Below, one piece after another: positions 56,825 to 63,566 of a stretch of 63,566 bases of DNA. The notes under the pieces are model-generated. The model saw nothing but the letters and a program-made list of their open reading frames with translations. It ran no database searches and had not been told where the DNA came from. The number at the start of each line of letters is the position of its first letter. The stretch's first letter is position 1. This DNA is from a virus (Duplodnaviria; Caudoviricetes). The stretch covers positions 1 to 63,566 of IMG/VR virus record IMGVR_UViG_3300025832_000008; one strand, given 5' to 3'. A program made the position numbers and the translations under genes.

Positions 56825-57123
56825 TTGGTTACTATTTCACCGTTAATCATTTTGGTTGTAGTTCCATCTTTCCATTTAATTTCTATATCGTCTTTCTCGT
56901 TTACTAATTGTTCTTTTATCATTAGATTCACTAACCATACTAGATCATCAATTAGATCTTGTTCGTCTTCTCTTGGACAGTCAACCTCGTCTTCTATATA
57001 AAAGGTCACTTCACAACGTAACTCATCGGGATTCCTCATGCCTATCTCTATAAAGTGGTCTAATACTTCCTCTTTCCAGACATCGTCTTCTCTTGGGTTT
57101 CTTATCCTTAGGTACTTCTCCAT
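56806..57123 (-). CDS. Hypothetical acidic protein
   Basis: ORF track. Confidence 0.72.
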   Translation of the reverse strand: MEKYLRIRNPREDDVWKEEVLDHFIEIGMRNPDELRCEVTFYIEDEVDCPREDEQDLIDDLVWLVNLMIKEQLVNEKDDIEIKWKDGTTTKMINGEIVTNRSITN

Positions 57124-57135
57124 AATTTCTATTTA

Positions 57136-57360
57136 TTACTGATCTTTTTTAAGTGTCATTGAATTTACTTTATCTATAAGTTCATTGCCTACCATTGTGA
57201 AGTAGCCTTCAGCGTAACGATAAACAGTATCAGGAACTAAAATAGGTGTTTTACCACTATTGCCCATATGTATTACTTCTTGTTCAGCTTGTTTAATAGC
57301 TTCTTGTAACGCTGTGGTTATAAACCACTTTTCAAATCCGTTAAATTTAGTTCTACTCAT
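57136..57360 (-). CDS. Hypothetical protein
   Basis: ORF track. Confidence 0.72.
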   Translation of the reverse strand: MSRTKFNGFEKWFITTALQEAIKQAEQEVIHMGNSGKTPILVPDTVYRYAEGYFTMVGNELIDKVNSMTLKKDQ

Positions 57361-57370
57361 GTTTACTTAT

Positions 57371-57580
57371 TTAATTTTTAATTGCTTTTAAGTGTACAGC
57401 ATTTGCTTCAGCACCGTACACTAGGTTAATTAATTTATTTCTGTAAATTAACTCTGTTCTGTGATTCTTGAAATTAAACTCAATCTCAATATGAGCATCT
57501 ATTTGCTCAATTACCTCTTCTTTGGTAAGATAAGCGCTAATAAATCTGAAGTGATCAATAGCATTAGTTGTTAGTTCCAT
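57371..57580 (-). CDS. Hypothetical protein
   Basis: ORF track. Confidence 0.68.
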   Translation of the reverse strand: MELTTNAIDHFRFISAYLTKEEVIEQIDAHIEIEFNFKNHRTELIYRNKLINLVYGAEANAVHLKAIKN

Positions 57581-57837
57581 GGTTTCTGTAATTTATTTAT
57601 TAGTAAGTAAGTCATACCACAAGAGTCAAAATGAGTTGAAAATTCTATTTTATTACTTATTAGTTCTAAAACTATATCAGTTATATTATGGATATACTCA
57701 TACACTATATAACTATTTTCTTGAGTGTAATAATCATACTTGTCTTTGTATTCTGTATTATCAATTAAGTATTCAGCGAAACCGTTTCCGTCTTTGTACT
57801 CTTTACTTAATATTGGTAACTTGGTTAAGTCAATCAT
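57571..57837 (-). CDS. Hypothetical protein
   Basis: Downstream of promoter motif copy 14. Confidence 0.7.
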   Translation of the reverse strand: MIDLTKLPILSKEYKDGNGFAEYLIDNTEYKDKYDYYTQENSYIVYEYIHNITDIVLELISNKIEFSTHFDSCGMTYLLINKLQKPWN

Positions 57838-57862
57838 AGTTGAAAATTTATTAAATTATAGG

Positions 57863-57897
57863 TTATTATATATTATACTTCGTTATAGATCTGCAAG
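57863..57897 (-). promoter_or_regulatory. Promoter-like motif, copy 14
   Basis: ttattatatattatacttcgttatagatctgcaag. Confidence 0.75.
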
Positions 57898-58110
57898 ACA
57901 CTGTAATAGAAGCCATCTAATGACTTTAAATAGCTATAATGGTAAATACTATTAATTGTAGTATTAATATTATTAAGAGTTGATAAGAATGCTTTTTAAA
58001 CATGGTAATGGATATTATTAGTTAAATAGAATTATAGTATGCTAAAACAGTGGTTGTTGGTTATACAACTAATCTCTGCATCAAGCATAGTTTTAGTACA
58101 ATAAAAAAAC

Positions 58111-58158
58111 TGTGACATTAGGCCATTAGATATACTATAGTAAGGGGCTATTGTCACA
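58111..58158 (+). promoter_or_regulatory. Long palindromic element P, copy 3
   Basis: tgtgacattaggcc-N21-ggctattgtcaca, flanked by AAAA and TTTT. Confidence 0.65.
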
Positions 58159-58186
58159 CTTTTAATAACGGTGTATAGCAAAGGTT

Positions 58187-58220
58187 AAAAAAGAGAGACC
58201 ACCAATAAAGGTGATCCCTC
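58187..58220 (-). terminator. Intrinsic terminator
   Basis: Minus strand GAGGGATCACC-TTTATT-GGTGGTCTCTC followed by TTTTTT. Confidence 0.8.
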
Positions 58221-58247
58221 ATAACCAACCAACTATTAAATTATAAA

Positions 58248-58409
58248 AAATAATACAGTGGTCTGACTCAAGGCTTCTACCAGACTGTACGCTAAGTAAT
58301 TCTCTATTTAATTAAGCCATCTATATCTCATCTGACTCGCACAGATAGTATCTCGTATATCCTTCTAGGAGATATTTTTACTTAATGAACTAGTAGCACT
58401 GTATTATTT
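58248..58409 (-). ncRNA. Candidate structured non-coding RNA (~160 nt)
   Basis: 13-bp closing stem aaataatacagtg/cactgtattattt enclosing several inner hairpins; lies between a stop codon and a terminator. Confidence 0.4.
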
Positions 58410-58417
58410 ATAACCTA

Positions 58418-58711
58418 TTATTCACTTGCATCTGTAATAGTAACACTGTCAAGAGATCTAGCGAACGCCGGTACTGCATTGGAATTGGTATAATTACCAT
58501 ATTTCTCAAAGCAAGGCATTTCATCAAACCTTTGCTTATTACTATTATATACTTCATCATGGTCATAGGTATACTTTGTACCTTTCGAGTTGGTGAAGCT
58601 TACTAGTGTGCCTGTTCCAATAAGAGATTTTCTTATTACAAAGCGTTTAGTAATAATAGAGTTAACTGTTTTTGCTTCCGTAGAAGACTTTGTTGCTTTT
58701 TTAGTTGCCAT
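58418..58711 (-). CDS. Hypothetical 97-aa protein, divergent RFVIRKSLIG family paralogue
   Basis: RFVIRKSLIG...FTN.KG..Y.YDHDEVYN...MPCF.KY.NYTN.NAVPAFAR. Confidence 0.9.
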   Translation of the reverse strand: MATKKATKSSTEAKTVNSIITKRFVIRKSLIGTGTLVSFTNSKGTKYTYDHDEVYNSNKQRFDEMPCFEKYGNYTNSNAVPAFARSLDSVTITDASE

Positions 58712-59009
58712 TTGACTGTTTATTTAATTGATTTATAAGATATTATATATATTGCTTCGTTTTAAATCTGCAAGTGCTCACTTTGCGCTTGGTTAAGTTC
58801 ATTATATTTAATTATTTAAATTATAGGTTATTATATATATCACTTCGTTAAGAATCTGCGAGTGTATAGCACTTCGTGCTTGTAATAATTTTACTCAATA
58901 ACAGACAATACTTTGAAGTGATCAATAAAAAGTGTGACGTAGGGTGGAGTATACTCTTCCAACCCCTATTTCACTGGTCGGCCTACTTAGCGAGTGTATA
59001 TCAGAGTGC

Positions 59010-59213
59010 TTACCTTATCCAGCCATCACCATAACCGGTGATTGCTCTAACCCACTTATAGCTTTTCTCGCCACTTTGTGGATAATCAACTCTCTCGCAA
59101 CCGCTTCGAAAGTCGTAGTTAAACACTACAGAATCTCTTTTTAAGAGCATTCTACATATATAGAGACCACTATAATTGAATAGGATCGCTACATTATACC
59201 TTACATTCTTCAT
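59010..59213 (-). CDS. Repeat copy of 312..515 (3 aa differences)
   Basis: In the right terminal repeat. Confidence 0.7.
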   Translation of the reverse strand: MKNVRYNVAILFNYSGLYICRMLLKRDSVVFNYDFRSGCERVDYPQSGEKSYKWVRAITGYGDGWIR

Positions 59214-59324
59214 AATAATTGGTATTTAATTGATTAATTTATTTGAATTGTTATATAACTTACTTCGTCAAGTGTCTGTGAGTTAAAACACCCGCCAAGC
59301 ACGTTACTTGGCGAGTGTGTAGCA

Positions 59325-59645
59325 CTATGATACTTTATTGTACCATATTTGCTTCAATTCTGATTCTATGTCTTCTGCACTAGCATTATCAAGTTCATCA
59401 TTAAGTAGATCACCTAAGTAATTTCTTCTTGGTTCAACTTGTGAGCTGTATAGTGCTATCACTTTGTACATCTCTTCATAGTCAGGGATGTCTTGATCTG
59501 GTGATTTCACCCAATACTTGTCTTCACTGTTGTCTTGATCATGAGTGACACAGAAAATAAATTCTTGTAGTCTCTCAAACTCTTCACCCCAAATAGTCTT
59601 CACTAATTTAGAGTATGTTTCATAGTTAAATTCCTTCTTTGTCAT
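59325..59645 (-). CDS. Repeat copy of 627..947
   Basis: Identical translation. Confidence 0.8.
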   Translation of the reverse strand: MTKKEFNYETYSKLVKTIWGEEFERLQEFIFCVTHDQDNSEDKYWVKSPDQDIPDYEEMYKVIALYSSQVEPRRNYLGDLLNDELDNASAEDIESELKQIWYNKVS

Positions 59646-59858
59646 GAGTATTAAAATTAATTGATTTACAGGTTATTATATAATTTACTTCGTCAAGAAT
59701 CTGCAAGAAACGAGTGTATAGCATTACACTTACAATGACAACACCTTGAGGTGACGATGTGAATTGACATACAAAAGTATGACGCAGGTCGGAGTATACT
59801 CTTCTGACCCCTGTCTCACTGGTCAGCCTTTAAACTTAGTATGTTAGAGAGTGGTTAT

Positions 59859-60245
59859 TTACTTAGGTAAATCACCATCCAGCCACCATTCAAAAGCAAT
59901 TTGCTTTGCTACCACATACATCAGAGCATCATAAGGTGTATAACCTTCTTCAAACTCCCAGCCATTGTAAGTTTCACACCCGAGTAACTCTAAACAAGAG
60001 ATTTTGTCAAGGTGATCAAGCAGCAGTGGATCGTGGTGGTCGGTGACGTGTGTTAGAAGCGTCATACTCTCTTCCATATACTCATGAGCTTCGCTTTTAT
60101 CACTTACTCCTTCAAAGTCATACTCAGGGTGTATATATGCCACTTGCATATCATACCCATTTAACTGAGCGTCTAGTTGATACTCATCTGGTGAACCTTT
60201 CACCGATACGAGTATATCATTTTTAGTGTTACTACAATTTTCCAT
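59859..60245 (-). CDS. Repeat copy of 1161..1547
   Basis: Identical translation. Confidence 0.8.
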   Translation of the reverse strand: MENCSNTKNDILVSVKGSPDEYQLDAQLNGYDMQVAYIHPEYDFEGVSDKSEAHEYMEESMTLLTHVTDHHDPLLLDHLDKISCLELLGCETYNGWEFEEGYTPYDALMYVVAKQIAFEWWLDGDLPK

Positions 60246-60313
60246 AATATATAAAATTAAATTGGTTACTTGTTTAAATTAGAGGACGCTCTTGCGAGCA
60301 TCCTCATTAGTTG

Positions 60314-60499
60314 TTATTTAGTAAAATAGGTGAGTCCTTTGTAGTTGATATAACTACTAATTCCTTCGCCACCTGTTGAAGTATTAATACAACCAAATTT
60401 CTTTGGTATATTATTTAAGTCAAAATGCTCGAATTTTACTCCGTTTAGTCGAATTGCTTTCTTGAAAACAGTTTGACTGTTAAATTTAATAACGCTCAT
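60314..60499 (-). CDS. Repeat copy of 1616..1801
   Basis: Identical translation. Confidence 0.85.
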   Translation of the reverse strand: MSVIKFNSQTVFKKAIRLNGVKFEHFDLNNIPKKFGCINTSTGGEGISSYINYKGLTYFTK

Positions 60500-60689
60500 A
60501 ATAATTAATTGGTTTTAATTTATATATAAATAATTTTATATATAAATTAATATATAAATCACTTCGTTAAGAATCTGCAAGAAATTCGCTGGTTTCTTTG
60601 CGAGTGTATAGCACTTTTTTACAGGTATTGGTTAAGGTGGTGGACGATGTAAAAAAAAAGGACAGCCTTGCGGCCATCCTTTTGTTGGT

Positions 60690-60917
60690 TTATGACTTAG
60701 TTACTGATTCACATCCTCTAGCAAATGCTGGAACAGCATTAGTGTTGGTGTAATTTTTGTACTTGGCAAAGCATTCCATACCCTCAAATTTAACCTTAAA
60801 GGTGTTATACACTTCATCATGATCATACTTCCAATTTTCACCTTTTTTGTTGGTAAATTCAATAATTTCACCTTTACCAATTAGTGACTTTCTAATAACA
60901 AATCTGTTGGTTTTCAT
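60690..60917 (-). CDS. Repeat copy of 1992..2219
   Basis: Identical translation. Confidence 0.9.
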   Translation of the reverse strand: MKTNRFVIRKSLIGKGEIIEFTNKKGENWKYDHDEVYNTFKVKFEGMECFAKYKNYTNTNAVPAFARGCESVTKS

Positions 60918-61090
60918 AATAATAAAAATTAAATAAAATAAATTAAAAATTAAATAAATTAAATATAAATTATTATATATTTAAACTCGTTAAGAATCTG
61001 CAAGAGTGTATAGCAGCTTGCTGCTAAATAATATATACGATATATGCAGATGAAAAAAAGGGATACCCTTTCGGATATCCCTTGTGCTAC

Positions 61091-61318
61091 TTACGATTTT
61101 TTCACGCTTGGCAGCTGGCGAGCAAAAGCAGGCACCGCGTTTGTGTTCGTATAATTTTTATACTTAGCGAAGCACGGCATAGCTTCAAATTTGCTCTTGT
61201 GAGCGTTATAAACTTCATCATGATCATACGACCAGGTTTCACCCTTTTTGTTAGTGAACTCGATGGTTTCACTTTGACCAATTAATGACTTTCTGATAAC
61301 AAATCTGTTAGTTTTCAT
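61091..61318 (-). CDS. Repeat copy of 2393..2620
   Basis: Identical translation. Confidence 0.9.
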   Translation of the reverse strand: MKTNRFVIRKSLIGQSETIEFTNKKGETWSYDHDEVYNAHKSKFEAMPCFAKYKNYTNTNAVPAFARQLPSVKKS

Positions 61319-61575
61319 AACATGTTGGTTTGTGTTAATAATTATAGTTAATTTGAATAATTATTAACTGGTTTATAAATAATATTTAAAAGAACTGATA
61401 TATATATAAAAATAATAAAGGTTTAATTTTTTATATTATTATTTTAAAATATATAAATTAATATATATTTAAACTCGTTAAGAATCTGTATAGCATTTGC
61501 AGCTTGCTGCAATAAAATGAGTAGATAAAAAGAAGAGTAAAAAAAAGGGACAGCCTCTCGGCTATCCCCTTTTGA

Positions 61576-61803
61576 TTAGGACTTGGTAACGCTTGGCAGT
61601 TCGCGAGCGAATGCAGGCACCGTGTTCGTGTTAGTATAGTTCTTATACTTGGCGAAGCAAGGCATGCTTTCGAACTTGCTCTTGTGAGCGTTATACACTT
61701 CGTCGTGATTGTAAGACCAGGTTTGACCCTGTTTGTTGGTGAACTCAATCACTTCATTCTTACCTATTAACGACTTTCTAATAACGAATCTGTTAGTTTT
61801 CAT
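61576..61803 (-). CDS. Repeat copy of 2878..3105
   Basis: Identical translation. Confidence 0.9.
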   Translation of the reverse strand: MKTNRFVIRKSLIGKNEVIEFTNKQGQTWSYNHDEVYNAHKSKFESMPCFAKYKNYTNTNTVPAFARELPSVTKS

Positions 61804-62289
61804 AACATGTTGGTTTTATGTTAATAATTATAGATTGTTTTGATAATTATTAACTGGTTTAAAATAAATTTTAATTTTTAATAAAATAATAAAATTAAAT
61901 TTTTATATTATTATTTTATTTTTATATAAATTATTATATAAATTTGCTCGTTAAGAATCTGTATAGCATTTTATTTATATTATTTATACCATACTACCGG
62001 GGAAAAGGTGAAATACTTAGTAGATATTATATAAAACCCAAAAAAATTTACGAAAAACTCTATAAAACAGGGGGACCCCTTTCGTTTCAAAAAACTTTCT
62101 TTTTTATTTTTTTATTTTCAAAATAAGGTATTATACAAATACTCTCTACATCTAAGTACTCTCTACAAACACTCTCTACAAAAAAAAGTGTGACAATAGC
62201 CTTATAGATAGTATAGTAGGGGGCTAATGTCATAGTTTTGAATATCTTCGTTAATGTGTAAGTATATAAGTATAATAAAAACAGTTACA

Positions 62290-63087
62290 ATGCAAACATG
62301 GTTAAATAGAAAGATCCAGGGTCCTCGTCAAGTTGGTGGAGGTGATAAGAAAAAAGGTGGTGTAAAACCTTATGTAACATATGACCGTGACGACCCAAGG
62401 ATTCAGTCGCACAGTGATAGTTTAGCTTCATATAATAATAGTAATAATGAATATTATGAACAATTTAAGTATGAGGATGATAGGAACAGGGCTGGAGAGG
62501 CAGAGTATCAAAGTAGACTTTCTGATGAGGACAGGGAATGGCAAAGGGCAAGAGGCGTTGAGCGTAAGCCCGAACCTTTACTAAGTAAGCAAGAAATTAT
62601 TTCAAGGGGTAGAAAATGGGCAGAGCCTGTTACCAATGTAAAGTATGCTTCAGATGGAGGAGACCCGTCTAAAAAGCGGCATTATATGAATTATACACCC
62701 CCTACGGCCACTACTAGGCCAGCGGGTGTAGTAGGCCCTGGAACTCCTGGATATAGTAGTATGAAAAATAAATCAATAAAACCAACTTCTTTTATACAAT
62801 CAGATGGGTATGTGAAGGCGGTTTTTTTTGATAAACCTAAACAGGAAGTAATACTTAAGGGTTTAGAAAAGATGCCTATACTTAAAGGTAGTAGTAAGTT
62901 AGCATCTCCGAAAATTATTGATAGAAAATTAACGTCTAGAAAATTCACTACATCTCTATACAATCCCAATCCTAAAAAAAATAGTGCGGATTATAAAAAA
63001 TATGGAGAAGTAAATTTTGGAGATAGAAGAGGTAACAAAGTATTGAATAAAGACCAATTTGTTAGCTTTGAGAAGTTTAAAAAATAA
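62290..63087 (+). CDS. Repeat copy of 3592..4389
   Basis: Identical translation. Confidence 0.8.
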   Translation: MQTWLNRKIQGPRQVGGGDKKKGGVKPYVTYDRDDPRIQSHSDSLASYNNSNNEYYEQFKYEDDRNRAGEAEYQSRLSDEDREWQRARGVERKPEPLLSKQEIISRGRKWAEPVTNVKYASDGGDPSKKRHYMNYTPPTATTRPAGVVGPGTPGYSSMKNKSIKPTSFIQSDGYVKAVFFDKPKQEVILKGLEKMPILKGSSKLASPKIIDRKLTSRKFTTSLYNPNPKKNSADYKKYGEVNFGDRRGNKVLNKDQFVSFEKFKK

Positions 63088-63092
63088 ATAAC

Positions 63093-63566
63093 ATGATGAG
63101 ACAAACATGGTTAAATAGAAAAATAAATGGTCCTCGTCAAGTTGGTGAAGGTGTTAAACCTTATATAGCTAAAGACGATGCTGACTACGCTAAACGAACA
63201 CAAATGTATAATGATAGCTTAGCTGCGCACAATGCAACAGAGAATATTATCAATACTTTGAGAACCCCTAATATGATTGTCGATGATAATCCATATACGG
63301 ATCATAATTATTATACAAATGTAGAAGGTAGTACAGGTGACCTCAATAGTAAGCCATATGAATCTTATAGTGGTGTTAAGGGTGTTGCTCAAGATATTAA
63401 GACATTAAAGAGAACAGATAAGAGCTTAGGTAATACAGAGTCTGTTAAGAGTAAGATATATTATGATGGTGGAGGTGTAGGTCGTAGCCGTCACCGCTAT
63501 TCTACATTTGAATTACCGTATCGTCCAAAACCTAAGCAACCTATAGAAAGTAATAGATCTGATATG
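63093..63566 (+). CDS. Repeat copy of 4395..5081, truncated by the window end
   Basis: Same sequence as 4395..4868. Confidence 0.8.
   Translation, partial: MMRQTWLNRKINGPRQVGEGVKPYIAKDDADYAKRTQMYNDSLAAHNATENIINTLRTPNMIVDDNPYTDHNYYTNVEGSTGDLNSKPYESYSGVKGVAQDIKTLKRTDKSLGNTESVKSKIYYDGGGVGRSRHRYSTFELPYRPKPKQPIESNRSDM

Larger units (their letters stand above)
58676..63566 (+). repeat. Direct terminal repeat / terminal redundancy, right copy
   Basis: Starts ttccgtagaagact, as does position 1, and ends ...agatctgatatg, matching 4868. Confidence 0.97.

Noticed and set aside
59077-59085. Perfect DnaA box TGTGGATAA in the right repeat only
   Set aside because: A single site created by one SNP inside an ORF; likely chance.
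1-63566. Integrase/prophage features, tRNA genes, stop-codon reassignment
   Set aside because: No recombinase, host genes or cloverleaf seen; long genes are intact under the standard code.

Overview
The window holds an apparently complete, AT-rich tailed dsDNA bacteriophage genome. The unit length is about 58.7 kb, plus a ~4.87 kb direct terminal redundancy (1..4868 is repeated at 58676..63566). Gene content, AT-rich starts lacking Shine-Dalgarno sites and TAnnTTTG promoter boxes suggest a podovirus-like phage of a Bacteroidota (Flavobacteriia-type) host; this is an inference. The + strand arm (3.6-43.2 kb) encodes tail-fibre/lectin-like proteins, GroEL and GroES, an M15 endolysin, a spanin-like lipoprotein, TerS/TerL, portal, scaffold, major capsid, tail proteins and three putative ejection proteins. 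The - strand arm (43.3-58.7 kb continuing into 1-3.2 kb) encodes nucleotide and replication genes: an endonuclease, MazG-like proteins, a thymidylate-synthase-family enzyme with the dCMP-type Asp signature, primase-helicase, SSB, exonuclease, ERF recombinase and a sigma factor. It also carries many small genes of unknown function. I saw no DNA polymerase, integrase, tRNA or CRISPR array. The most unusual features are non-coding and lie in the - strand arm: 14 copies of a conserved ~34-bp promoter-like motif; 15 same-strand copies of TGTATAGCA; promoter-gene-terminator cassettes carrying four paralogues of an unknown 75-aa protein; three long TGTGACA...TGTCACA palindromes; a duplicated covarying hairpin; and two candidate structured RNAs. 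All calls come from reading the sequence by eye; no database search was run.
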